From an uncultured Solirubrobacterales bacterium (GTDB lineage Bacteria > Actinomycetota > Thermoleophilia > Solirubrobacterales > 70-9), in NCBI GenBank assembly GCA_963829445.1, contig CAWHIW010000017.1, positions 89,225-153,224 of the forward strand: a stretch of 64,000 nucleotides of DNA, written 5' to 3'. The notes beneath the pieces are model-generated. The model searched no databases, was not told where the DNA came from, and worked only from the letters and a program-made list of their open reading frames with translations. Positions 52,598-62,042 of the stretch are shown here, in pieces. Every line of letters starts with the position of its first letter. The first letter of the stretch is position 1. The position numbers and the translations under genes were made by a program.

Positions 52598-53860
52598 CAG
52601 CTCGCCTCGGCGATCGCGCGGCTCGGGCCGGCGCCCGTGGGACTGCCCGCGGCCGGCAGGCGGAAGCTGAAGGTCGAGCCGACGCCGACCGTCGACTCGA
52701 CCGCGAGCGTGCCGCCGTGCAGCTCGACCAGCGATTTCGAGATCGCCAGGCCGAGGCCGGTGCCGCCGACGCGCTGGGTCAGGCCGGCGTCGCCGCGCAC
52801 GAAGCGCTCGAAGATGTGCTCCAGCTGGCTCTCGGGTATCCCCGGTCCGTTGTCGGTCACCGCAATCTCCACATCGGCATCCAGCTACCCGGGCCGTGAC
52901 CTCGATAGACGCCCCTTCGGGCGAGTACTCATGCGCATTGGTAAGCAAATTCACCAGTATTTGGCGAATCCGGTCGGCCTCGACCTCGATCAGCGGCAAT
53001 CCGGGGTCGATCCGCTGGATCAGGGTCTGGTGCGCGCTCTCGGTCTGCGCCCGCATCGTCCGCACCGCGTCGTCGATCAGCGGCGCCACCTCGGTCGGCT
53101 TCGGGGTGACCGCGAGGCGGCCGGCGTCGCTGCGGGCGAGGTCGAGCAGGTCGTTGAGCAGGCGGACCAGGTGGCGGCAGTTGTCGAGGATGATCTCGAC
53201 CGTCTCGACCTGCTTCGGGGTCAGCGAGTCGCGCTCCAGCATCAGCAGCTCGGCGAAGCCCTGGACCGAGGTGAGCGGGCTGCGCAGCTCGTGCGAGGCG
53301 GTGAGGACGAACTCGTCTTTGAGCCGGTCGAGCTGGTCGCGCTGGCTCGCCTCCTGCTCGAGCTCGTCGGCCATCTCGTTGAAGGCGGCGCCGAGCGTCG
53401 CGGTCTCCGAGAGGCCGCCGACCTCGACGCGGGCGCTGCGGTCGCCGGCGGCGAGGCGGCCCGGCCGCGTCGACCAGCTCCTCCAGCGGTCGCCGCATCG
53501 AGGCGATCAGGCCGCTGAACAGCAGCAGGGCGCCGGTCAGGCCGGCGATCAGCCCGGCGGCGACGAGGATCGCGGTGTCGCGGGTGTCGGAGGAGATCTG
53601 GTCCTGCAGTTCCGAGCGGCGGTCGGCCTGGGCGGCCACCGTGGCGCGGGCGGGCTTGCCGCCGGTCCCCTCCGCCACCTGCACCCGCGCCGCCATCTCC
53701 ACCTGGTAGGAGCGGGCGATCGCGTCCTCGAAGTCCTGGCGCTGCTGGATGAAGCGGCCGACGCCGATCACGGCCATCGCCGTGAGCACGGCAAAGCCGA
53801 TCGCGAAGCCGATCCGCAGCCGGTTGGCAAGCGACGGGCTGAGGCGGCGGCCTCCTCGGG
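52597..53860 (-). CDS. Sensor histidine kinase (TM-HAMP-HisKA-HATPase; at least 3 frame breaks; start unresolved)
   Basis: The N-terminus is LANRLRIGFAIGFAVLTAMAVIGV, followed by a second TM plus HAMP. H-box LTASHELRSPLTSVQGF, N-box LVNLLTNAHEY and G-boxes DNGPGIP / GTGLGLAISK are present. No canonical start was found near 53860. Confidence 0.7.
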
Positions 53861-53877
53861 AATATGCTTGCGCGGCT

Positions 53878-54945
53878 ATGGGCGACGAGGCTACAGGCAG
53901 CGGCGACGGCGCCGCCAGGGCGCCCGACGGCATCGACGTCGCCGGCGTCGAAGCCTGGTTCGCGCTCAACGTGCCCAGCGCCAGCCCGCCGCTCTCCTTC
54001 GAGCGGATCGCCGGCGGCCACTCCAACCTCACCTTCCGCGTCAGCGACGCCGGCGGCAACAGCTGGGCGCTGCGGCGGCCGCCGCTGGGCAAGCGCCTCG
54101 GCTCCGCCCACGACATGGCCCGCGAGCACAAGGTCGTCTCCGCGCTGGGCCCGACCGCGGTGCCGGTGGCGCCGGTGGTCGGGCTCTGCGAGGACGAGAG
54201 CGTCAGCGGCGAGCCCCCTTCTACGTGATGGAGTTCGTCGAGGGGCCGATCCTGCGCGGCCTGGCCGAGGCGGAGGCCTTTCCCGACGAGGGCGATCGGC
54301 GGGCGATCGGCGAGCGCGTCGCCGACACCCTGGCCGCGATCCACGCCGTCGACCCCGACGCGGTCGGGCTCGGCGACCTCGGCCGCAAGGAGGACTACGT
54401 CGCCCGCCAGCTGCGCCGCTGGCAGGGCCAGTGGGAGAAGTCGAAGACGCGCGAGCTGGCGGCTGATCGACTCCGTCCACGAGCGCCTCTCCGCCCGCAT
54501 CCCCAAGCAGGGCCCGGCGACGATCGTCCACGGCGACTACCGCCTCGACAACATGATCCTCACCCCGACCGGCGAGGTCGCGGCGGTCGTCGACTGGGAG
54601 CTCTGCACGCTCGGCGACCCGCTCGCCGACGTCGGCCTGCTGATGGCCTACTGGCCCGACCGCGAGCAGGCGGAGGTCGCCCTCGGCCAGCCCGCCAACC
54701 TCGCCCCCGGCTTCCCGACCCGCGCGGAGCTGGCCGCCCGCTACGCCGAGCGCTCCGGCCGCGACCTCGCCGACCTCGACTTCTTCGTCGCCCTCGGCTA
54801 CTGGAAGCTGGCGATCATCCTCGAGGGCGTCTACGCCCGCTACGCCGCCGGCGGCTACGGCAAGGTCGACGACGGCATCCAGGCCTTCGCCCGGCTGGTC
54901 GAGCGTCTGGCCGAGGCCGCGGACGAGGCCGAGCGGCGAAACTGA
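53878..54945 (+). CDS. Phosphotransferase (APH/choline-kinase-like) family protein of the type usually paired with acyl-CoA dehydrogenases (two frame breaks)
   Basis: RIAGGHSNLTF, YVMEFVEG, the catalytic loop VHGDYRLDNMI and VVDWELCTLGDP. Confidence 0.8.
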
Positions 54946-55089
54946 GCGCTTGCAGCGCTTTCGTCCGCCTGGGTTGACAGTGTTCCGATGGGCTGTAAGG
55001 CTCATCTGAGCAAAATTGAGTAGGTACGTTCTTCCTGCTTTCCCTCACCAGTCCTTGTCCAAATCCCTCCCAATCAAGGAGAACTCTCC

Positions 55090-55737
55090 GTGAAGCAGAT
55101 TCGCCAGCGACTCACGTACGCAAACGTGATGTCGTCGATCGCCGTTTTCTTCATCCTCGGCGGCGCCACCGCCTTCGCCGCGACCAAGATCGGCGCCAAC
55201 GAACTGAAGGCCAACTCGGTCCTCACCGGCAAGATCAAAAAAGAAGCCGTCACCACCAGCAAGCTCAAGAACAGCTCTGTGACGACCACCAAGCTCGCCG
55301 ACAAATCGGTCACGGGTCCGAAGATCGACGCCACGACCCTGGGCACTGTCCCGACGGCGACCAACGCTACGAACGCGGTCAACGCGACCAATGCGACCAA
55401 CGCGGCCAACGCGGTCACGGCAGACGGTCTGTTCGCCTTTGCCCGAGTCGAGGACAACGGCACGGTTTTGCCAGCTCTGGCCAAGAACATCACCTCAGCC
55501 AATGTCACCACGCCGGTCACCGGCACCGACTGCTTCGACCTGCCCTTCCAGCCGAAAGGCGCTCAGGCGACGGTGGAGTCCGACTCCGACAACGACGAGG
55601 TCATCACCGCTGAGGTCGCCGGCTCGCCGGAATCATTCTCGACCTGCCCGGCCACCGCTGAGGTCGAAGTGACCCACTTCGACGTGGGCACGCCAGGAGC
55701 CGAGAGCGGCGACTTCTACATCGAGCTCTACAAATAG
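55090..55737 (+). CDS. N-terminally anchored decapeptide-repeat protein (paralog of 18166..18849)
   Basis: GTG start after AAGGAG. Anchor LTYANVMSSIAVFFILGGATAFAA, 10-aa units (KANSVLTGKI KKEAVTTSKL KNSSVTTTKL ADKSVTGPKI), an (A/T)N-rich tract and a two-Cys C-terminal domain. A terminator follows. Confidence 0.75.
   Translation: MKQIRQRLTYANVMSSIAVFFILGGATAFAATKIGANELKANSVLTGKIKKEAVTTSKLKNSSVTTTKLADKSVTGPKIDATTLGTVPTATNATNAVNATNATNAANAVTADGLFAFARVEDNGTVLPALAKNITSANVTTPVTGTDCFDLPFQPKGAQATVESDSDNDEVITAEVAGSPESFSTCPATAEVEVTHFDVGTPGAESGDFYIELYK
55357..55419 (+). repeat. Seven tandem 9-nt units (GCGNCCAAC) inside the repeat-protein gene
   Basis: GCGACCAAC GCTACGAAC GCGGTCAAC GCGACCAAT GCGACCAAC GCGGCCAAC GCGGTCACG, encoding ATNATNAVNATNATNAANAVT. 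Confidence 0.75.
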
Positions 55738-55760
55738 CACCACGTTCACGCAGCTCTGAA

Positions 55761-55796
55761 GAGGGCCGGGCACTTGCCCGGCTCTCTTTCTTTTTC
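55761..55796 (+). terminator. Intrinsic terminator
   Basis: GAGGGCCGGGC-ACTT-GCCCGGCTCTC followed by TTTCTTTTTC. Confidence 0.75.
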
Positions 55797-55808
55797 AGGT
55801 GCGCGCAA

Positions 55809-56285
55809 ATGGCGGCGGCTCTGCTGGCGGCGATTGCCTGTTTGGCTCTTGTCGGCTGCGGCGATGGCGGCTCGGACTCCTCGCAGTCGCCGTCGAGTAC
55901 GCCTGCGAACACGGCGGGTGGAGGGCCTGCCCCGGCTGAGCTGAAACCTTCCGCCACGACCACCGGTGCTGGCAAGGCCGCTCCGACTGGGGCGGATCAT
56001 TCCGCCGCTGCCCCCGGGGCGCGGGCCAGGCCTGACCGGTCTTCACCTGTAGTCGCGGAGAAGCCCGGGAAGCACGCTGCGGAACATCGCAAGCTTCCGC
56101 AGTCGCAGCACAAGGAAGTCGGAGGGGCAAAGGGGGTCGACGACACTCATGCCTCGACGCCGCCCTCTGCGCCGGAAGGCGCCGCGGGCTCAGGTCGGGC
56201 CGCCGCCGACGATGGAGGTGCGCCGAGTCCGGCCACGGGCGCCGGGGCGGCACCTCCCGCTGGACAGAGCCAAGACGACTCCTAG
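55809..56285 (+). CDS. Low-complexity putative lipoprotein
   Basis: 158-aa ORF with lipobox LALVGC. The remainder is Ala/Gly/Pro/Ser-rich, so coding status is moderately uncertain. Confidence 0.5.
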   Translation: MAAALLAAIACLALVGCGDGGSDSSQSPSSTPANTAGGGPAPAELKPSATTTGAGKAAPTGADHSAAAPGARARPDRSSPVVAEKPGKHAAEHRKLPQSQHKEVGGAKGVDDTHASTPPSAPEGAAGSGRAAADDGGAPSPATGAGAAPPAGQSQDDS

Positions 56286-56297
56286 CACTCGGAGAGC

Positions 56298-57561
56298 TCA
56301 GACCATGCGCGGCGCGTGCTTCGTCTCCAGCTCGCCGGCCGCGGCGGCTTCGTCGCGCTTGGCCCAGCGGTTGAGCTCGCGGCGGGCGAGGACCATCTTG
56401 TGGACCTCGTCGGGGCCGTCGGCGAGGCGCAGCATGCGGCTGAAGCGCCAGAGGGCGGCGAGGGGGGTGTCGTCGGTCATGCCGAGGGAGCCGTGGATCT
56501 GGATCGCGCGGTCGAGCACGTCCATGACCATGTTGGCGGCGACGATCTTGATCGCCGAGATCGACTGGCGGGCGGCGCGCTTGCCCTCGGTGTCCATCTT
56601 CCAGGCGGCGTAGAGGGTGAGCAGGCGGGCCTGGTCGATCTCCATCCGCGAGGCGGCGATCGACTCCTGGACGAACTGCTTGTCGGCCAGCGGGCCGCCG
56701 AAGGCGACGCGCTCGTTGGCGCGGCGGCACATCATCTCGTGCGCCCGCTCGGCGGTCCCGATCGCGCGCATGCAGTGGTGGATGCGGCCGGGGCCGAGGC
56801 GGTCCTGGGCGATCGCGAAGCCGGCGCCGCGCTCGCCGAGCAGGCTGTCCTTCGGCACGCGGCAGCCTTCGTAGCGGATCTCGCAGTGGCCGGGGCCCTT
56901 GTCGTGGCCCATCACCGGGATCGGCCGCACCAGGTTGAAGCCGGGGGTGTCGGTCGGCACGCAGATCATCGAGGCGCGGGCGTAGGGCGGGGCGTCGGGG
57001 TCGGTGACGACCATCGCGATCGCCAGCTCGGCGCCCGACCGCGCCGGAGGTGAACCACTTGTGGCCGTCGATCACCCACTCGTCGCCGTCGAGCGTGGCC
57101 TTGGCCTGCAGCAGGGTCGGGTCGGAGCCGGAGACCTCGGGCTCGGTCATCGAGAAGCAGGAGCGGATCCGGCCCTCGAGCAGCGGCTCCAGCCAGCGTT
57201 CGCGCTGCTCGGCGGTCCCGTGCTCGGCGAGGATCTCCATGTTGCCGGTGTCCGGGGCGGCGCAGTTGAAGGCCATCGCCGCCGCCATCGGGCTGCGCCC
57301 CATCTCCTCGCAGAGCAGCCCGTACTCCCAGTTCTTCAGCCCGGGCCCGAAGCGCTCGTCGGGCATGAAGAGGTTCCAGAGGCCCTCGGTCTTCGCCTTC
57401 TCGCGGATCGCGACCAGGATCTTCGGATAGGGGACGCCGGGGCCGACCTCGTCGTCGAGCGCCTCCATGATCTCGCGCTCGACCGGGTAGACCTCGGCGT
57501 CCATGAAGTCGAGGACGCGCTCGCGCAGCGCGGCGACCTCGGGGCTGGGGTTGAAGTCCAT
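56298..57561 (-). CDS. Acyl-CoA dehydrogenase (one frame break at about 57030)
   Basis: N-terminal MDFNPSPEVAALRERVLDFM, CFSMTEPEVSGSD, the middle beta-domain and a C-terminal helical domain with IHGSLGMTDDTPLA. Confidence 0.9.
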
Positions 57562-57579
57562 TCGTGTCCTCTCCTCGTG

Positions 57580-57627
57580 GCCGACGGGCCGATCCCGTCC
57601 AATATATGGACGTCTGAGGCCCGTCGG
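57580..57627 (-). repeat. Family C hairpin repeat, copy C3 (71-nt spacer between two co-directional genes)
   Basis: The minus strand reads CCGACGGGCCTCAGACGTCCATATATTGGACGGGATCGGCCCGTCGGC, with a perfect outer stem. Confidence 0.6.
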
Positions 57628-57632
57628 ACGCT

Positions 57633-58198
57633 TCAGCGGCGGCGGTAGCGGGCGAACAGCTCGCCGTCCTCCTCCAGCAGCCAGGCCAGCTCCAGCTCGG
57701 CGACCGCGGGCAGCTCGCCCTCGAGGATCCGGGGCGCCTCGCCGCCGGTCAGCTTCGGCGCGATCGTGAGGAAGAGCTCGTCGACCAGGCCGTCGGCCTG
57801 GAGCTCGCCGTGGAGCGTCGGTCCGCCCTCGCAGAGCAGGGCCCGGAAGCCGCGCTCCTGGCGCAGGGAGCGAAGCAGCTCGACCAGGTCGGCGGGACCG
57901 GCGGGAGTGCTGTCGACCACGATCAGCGGCTTGTCGAGCTTGCCGTAGCGCTCGGCCCGCATCGTCCCGGCGCCGATCATCACCGCGTCGAAGCGGCTGC
58001 GCAGGCCGACCAGCATCGCCGTGTCGGTCTCGGAGCCGATCGGGCCGGAGACGCCGCCGATCGTCGCCCGGCCGTCGACCGTGGCGGCGAAGTTCATCGC
58101 CACGAAGGGACGATCGTCGCGCGGGTTCTCCCAGGGCGGTAGGTCTCGAGCTGCTGCTCGACCGTGGTCGGACCGGGGTCGGGGAGGAGGCGCCGCAC
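57633..58198 (-). CDS. RibD C-terminal domain / dihydrofolate-reductase-like family protein (one frame break at about 58120)
   Basis: FVAMNFAATVDGRA, GAGTMRAERY, LLCEGGPTLHGELQADGLVDELFLTIAPKL and a GTG start at 58198. Confidence 0.7.
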
Positions 58199-58208
58199 CT
58201 GACGGAGC

Positions 58209-59078
58209 CTATTGGGGCGCTGGCGCCGTCAGGCAGTAGTCGTGCCAGCCGGCGAACTCGCGGCCGGCGAACTTCTGCAGCCCGGCGACGTCCTCGCCGA
58301 AGCGGCCGCGGATCGTCTCGAGCAGGTCGTCCGGCAGCACCGGCTTCGGCGCCGGCGGCTTCTCGGGATCGTGGACGACCTTCTCGACCATCCAGCGCAT
58401 CGACTCCGGCAGGCGGTCGAAGTTGCGGTCGAAGGAGCGGAAGCCCGGCAGCTTGATCAGCTTCTCCATGAACTGGTATTTGTCGCCCTCCTTGGCCCCC
58501 GACTTCTCCCACTCGCGGTCGAACTGCTCGGAGACGAAGTTCTCGTCGACGCCGGCGAAGGCGAAGGCCTTGCGCATCGTCGCCTCGCGTTCGTGCTGCA
58601 GCTCCTCCTGGGTGATGATCTCGATCTGCTCGCGGTCGAAGAGCTCGAGGTAGGGCTGCAGCTGCATCCAGTACTTGGAGCGGTTGATGTACTGGGTGTC
58701 GGGGAGGGAGAGGGTCGGGACCATCTCCCGGGTCTCGTAGCCGGCGCCGGTGGCGTGGACCCAGTGGGAGAGGATCCGCTTGATCGGGTCGCGCACCATG
58801 TAGAGCAGCCGGGCGTCCGGGCAGTGCTCGTGGATCCGCTCGGCGACGCCCTCGAAGCGGGGCAGGTTCGTGTAGTGCGGCGATGACTCGCCGCGGACCT
58901 TGAAGCGGTCGTCGAAGCGGCTCGCGTACCAGTCGAGGCCGAGGTCCCAGTTCAGCTCCTCGACGAAGAAGTTGAGCTCCTTCGGCTTCGACATCTGGAT
59001 TTCCGGATGCAGGCCGAGGTAGTGGTGGATGCTGGTCGTGCCGCACTTGAGGCCGCCGATGATGATCAGGTTCGGCAT
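58209..59078 (-). CDS. Sulfotransferase family protein
   Basis: PAPS 5-prime-phosphosulfate-binding loop PNLIIIGGLKCGTTS, plus RDPIKRILSHW (3-prime-phosphate-binding region). Upstream in-frame ATGs at 59156 and 59219 are alternative starts. Confidence 0.8.
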   Translation of the reverse strand: MPNLIIIGGLKCGTTSIHHYLGLHPEIQMSKPKELNFFVEELNWDLGLDWYASRFDDRFKVRGESSPHYTNLPRFEGVAERIHEHCPDARLLYMVRDPIKRILSHWVHATGAGYETREMVPTLSLPDTQYINRSKYWMQLQPYLELFDREQIEIITQEELQHEREATMRKAFAFAGVDENFVSEQFDREWEKSGAKEGDKYQFMEKLIKLPGFRSFDRNFDRLPESMRWMVEKVVHDPEKPPAPKPVLPDDLLETIRGRFGEDVAGLQKFAGREFAGWHDYCLTAPAPQ

Positions 59079-59240
59079 CTGCGCGTGCCGTTTGCGGCGG
59101 CGGCGGAAGCGGCTCTTGCGGTCGGCTGTGTAGCGCTCGCGGGCGCGCGCGCACATCGCCTCGTCGGTCGGATGGGGGGTGGCTTGGCGGGGCGTGGAAT
59201 GCGTGTCGGTGTCCAGCACGAGCGGGCTAGTCTAGCTGCG

Positions 59241-60233
59241 ATGGCGCCCGCCGATCTCGGATCGAGCTTCAACTTCTTCTTCAACAGCGCCGCGGAATTC
59301 TTCCGCCACCTCTCGGAAATCCACTGGACCCAGTTCGGCGTCGCCCTGCTCTGCCTGCTGGCGATGCAGCTGGCTCGTGCCTGGGCCTGGCGCAACGTGC
59401 TGCGGGCCGCCTATCCGCGGCAGCGCATCCCCTTCCTGCCGCTGGCCGCCGCCTACCTGGCGGGGGCGGGGATCAACGCCGTCGTCCCCGCCCACGCCGG
59501 CGACGTGACCAAGGTCTTCCTGGTCAAGCGCCAGATCCCCGGCTCCTCCTACCCGGCCGTGACCTCCTCCTTCCTGGTCCAGACCGTCTTCGACACCAGC
59601 GTCGGCATCCTCGTCCTCTTCTACGCGATCAGCCAGGGCCTGCTGCCGCCGCTGCCGCAGATCCCCGACCTGCCGGCCTTCGAGATCTCCTTCTGGGCCG
59701 ACCACCCGAAGGCGCTGCTGTTCACGGTCCTCGGCCTGCTGCTGGCGATGCTGCTCGGCATCTACTTCCTCGCCCACCGGGTGCGGCGCTTCTGGGACCG
59801 GGTCCGCCAGGGCGTGATCATCCTCGCCGAGCCGCGCCGCTACCTGCGCGAGGTCGCCGCCTGGCAGGGCCTCGGCTGGCTCTTCCGCTTCGCCGCCTTC
59901 TGGTTCTTCCTCGAGGCCTTCGGCATCGGCGGCTCGGTCGGCAACGTGATGCTGGTGATGAGCGTGCAGGCGATCGCCAACATCGTCCCCTTCACGCCCG
60001 GCGGCGCCGGCGCCCAGCAGGCGCTCCTGGTCGCGACCCTGACCGGCCCCTCGCGCACCGCCGTCCTCTCCTTCTCGGTCGGCACCCAGATCGCGATGGC
60101 GGCCTGGTCGGTCGTCCTCGGCTTCGCCGCGATCCTGCTCGTCTTCCGCACCACGGACTGGCGCGGGCTGATCAGACAGGCCCAGGACGAGGCGGACCAG
60201 GAGAAGGCGGCGGCGCGCCCGAGCTCAGCTTGA
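59241..60233 (+). CDS. UPF0104 / lysylphosphatidylglycerol-synthase TM-region (flippase-like) membrane protein
   Basis: Intact 330-aa multi-TM ORF with the characteristic FTPGGAGAQQALL motif. Confidence 0.75.
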   Translation: MAPADLGSSFNFFFNSAAEFFRHLSEIHWTQFGVALLCLLAMQLARAWAWRNVLRAAYPRQRIPFLPLAAAYLAGAGINAVVPAHAGDVTKVFLVKRQIPGSSYPAVTSSFLVQTVFDTSVGILVLFYAISQGLLPPLPQIPDLPAFEISFWADHPKALLFTVLGLLLAMLLGIYFLAHRVRRFWDRVRQGVIILAEPRRYLREVAAWQGLGWLFRFAAFWFFLEAFGIGGSVGNVMLVMSVQAIANIVPFTPGGAGAQQALLVATLTGPSRTAVLSFSVGTQIAMAAWSVVLGFAAILLVFRTTDWRGLIRQAQDEADQEKAAARPSSA

Positions 60234-60884
60234 CCAGCCCGGGTAGCGGCCGGCGACGTGCCACTGCCAGGGCGGGCGTTCGCCGGCCGGGAACTCGTAG
60301 TGGTTGCGGCCGGGGAGGGTCTCGAGGGGGACCAGGGCGGGGTCGTCGCCGAGCAGGACCTCGGTCGTCGGCGGCGGCGTCGACCTGAGCTTGGTCGGCG
60401 CGGCGGACCAGGCGTTCCCAGCCGAGGGTCGGGCGGTAGAGCCAGTAGACGAGTTCGACCCAGCCGAGCGAGGCGCGGCGGTCGACGATCTCGGTGAAGG
60501 CGGTGGTGCGGCGGCGCGAGGCGGTGAGGTGGGGGCCGGCGGCGACGGCGCAGCTCTCGCGGCGGCAGCGGCGGAAGTCGACCGGGACGAGCGGCAGGCC
60601 GGAGGGGCCGGGCAGCGCCACCGGCGCCGGGGCGAGCGCCCGGGCGGTGCGCGCCAGCGGCCAGCCGTAGGCGGGGACCAGGGGTGGTGGCGGCAGGCGT
60701 CGGGCAGGCGCGGGGCGCAGGCGAGCCGCTTGCCGATCGTGCCGGCCAGGCGGCGGCCCGCGTCGACCTCGCCGCCGGCCGCGACGGCGGCGATCGCGGC
60801 GAGCAGCAGCAGCGCGACGAGCGCCGCCAGGCCCGCCTGCTCGACGCTCGCCGATCCCCGCTCCTGGTCTTCTCCGTGCCGCAT
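60225..60884 (-). CDS. Hypothetical membrane-anchored protein (2-3 frame breaks)
   Basis: N-terminal anchor SVEQAGLAALVALLLLAAIAAVAAGG. Downstream segments (DFRRCRRESCAVAAGPHLT..., ...HYEFPAGERPPWQWHVAGRYPGWSS) lie in different frames. Confidence 0.45.
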   Translation of the reverse strand: MRHGEDQERGSASVEQAGLAALVALLLLAAIAAVAAGGEVDAGRRLAGTIGKRLACAPRLPDACRHHPWSPPTAGRWRAPPGRSPRRRWRCPAPPACRSSRSTSAAAAARAAPSPPAPTSPPRAAAPPPSPRSSTAAPRSAGSNSSTGSTARPSAGNAWSAAPTKLRSTPPPTTEVLLGDDPALVPLETLPGRNHYEFPAGERPPWQWHVAGRYPGWSS

Positions 60885-60968
60885 CGACTCGACGCTAGGG
60901 CGCCGCCGCGCACGGGTGGCGCGCAGAATGTCAAGACTCTGTGCCAGCAATGGCCCGGGTCTGCTTAC

Positions 60969-61247
60969 ATGGGGGACATGGAGGGCAGCCCCTTCAACCT
61001 CTTCGGCGACCCCGACGAGTTCCGTGCCCGGATGGAGGAGCTCTCGGAGCAGATGCAGTCCTCCCAGCGCGTCGCCTGGGCCGACAACGCGATCAAGCTG
61101 GCGGTCGAGATGACCGTCGCCTCGATCAACCAGCTCGACCTCACCGGCACCGCCGACGAGCAGGCGATGCAGGTCCGCGACGCGATCCGCGTCCTCTTCC
61201 CGGAGTCCGTGACTCTGGTGCGCGAGGCCCGCGAAGGCCTCAGCTAA
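60969..61247 (+). CDS. Small acidic hypothetical protein
   Basis: 92-aa segment MGDMEGSPFNLFGDPDEFRARMEEL... It has plausible coding composition and no recognised domain. Confidence 0.45.
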   Translation: MGDMEGSPFNLFGDPDEFRARMEELSEQMQSSQRVAWADNAIKLAVEMTVASINQLDLTGTADEQAMQVRDAIRVLFPESVTLVREAREGLS

Positions 61248-61263
61248 GGCTGAGGTCGCCGAG

Positions 61264-61336
61264 CCAAGCAGTTCAAGGACGCAGGGAAATGCCGTGTGCT
61301 CTGCACACAAGTGACCGAGGACGCCGAAATGCGCCG
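61264..61336 (-). repeat. Family E 3-prime-end structured repeat, copy E2
   Basis: The reverse complement CGGCGCATTTCGGCGTCCTCGGTCACTTGTGTGCAGAGCACACGGCATTTCCCTGCGTCCTTGAACTGCTTGG aligns with E1. It is bracketed by a 15-bp inverted repeat, CTGAGGTCGCCGAGC / GCTCGGCGACCTCAG (61250-61264 / 61336-61350). Confidence 0.6.
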
Positions 61337-61346
61337 CTCGGCGACC

Positions 61347-61976
61347 TCAGAGCAGCTCGAAGCGCAGCGAGACGACGGCGCCGCGGCGGAAGAGCCGCCG
61401 GCGAGCTCGACCGGGATCGCGATCAGCAGCGCCGGGATCGCCAGCACGACGCTGGCCAGGGCGTCGATCCGCCGCTGCCAGCGGTGCTTCGCCTCGGCGC
61501 GCCTGGCCGCGGCCGAGCGCGGCGAGGGCGACGTTGTGGCCGAAGGTGACGCTGTTCAGCAGCGTCTGCCAGGTCGCGGCCAGCCCGGCCAGCGGCGCCC
61601 AGCGGCTCCACTTCACCACCTGGTCGCGGCGGGCGACCAGGCGCCGCACCGACTCGACCGTGAAGAAGTAGCGGGCCCCCGGCTCCAGGCCGGCCCAGCC
61701 GGCGCTGCCGAGCGCGGCGGCGTAGCTGGCGCGGTTGGCGATCCGCGGGCCGCCGCTCGCCGCCCAGCCGGTCCAGCTCGCGCAGCGCCTCCTCGGGCTC
61801 GGCCGGCTGCCGACGACGCCGAGGCCGCAGCTCTCGCAGCGGCTGACCGGGCCGTGCAGGCCTGGCTGGGGAGAGAGCCAGCCGAAGAGCGGCTCGCCGC
61901 AGGCGGGGCAGGGAGGGTTCTCGGGGCCGGCACCGGCCTCGAGCGGGACGACGGGGGTGCGCTGTGCGTTGGGCAT
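61347..61976 (-). CDS. Hypothetical protein with an N-terminal zinc ribbon (CPACG...CESCG) and a C-terminal TM segment (2-3 frame breaks)
   Basis: MPNAQRTPVVPLEAGAGPENPPCPACGEPLFGW...RCESCGLGVVG. Later segments ...YFFTVESVRRLVARRDQVV... and ...LASVVLAIPALLIAIPVELAG are in other frames. Confidence 0.5.
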   Translation of the reverse strand: MPNAQRTPVVPLEAGAGPENPPCPACGEPLFGWLSPQPGLHGPVSRCESCGLGVVGSRPSPRRRCASWTGWAASGGPRIANRASYAAALGSAGWAGLEPGARYFFTVESVRRLVARRDQVVKWSRWAPLAGLAATWQTLLNSVTFGHNVALAALGRGQARRGEAPLAAADRRPGQRRAGDPGAADRDPGRARRRLFRRGAVVSLRFELL

Positions 61977-62042
61977 GCGCGGTAGCGTACGGCCCTTCTG
62001 GGCGCTGCCCCAGTTCGATTTCCACGAGAGGGGCTGACGCGG

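Noticed and set aside
54974-55001. A sigma-70-type promoter: TTGACA at 54974-54979, followed by TAAGGC/AAGGCT 16-17 nt downstream, upstream of the repeat-protein gene.
   Set aside because: The -35 is perfect but the -10 candidate lacks the invariant final T at the right spacing. With no transcript data the call is too weak to list as a feature.
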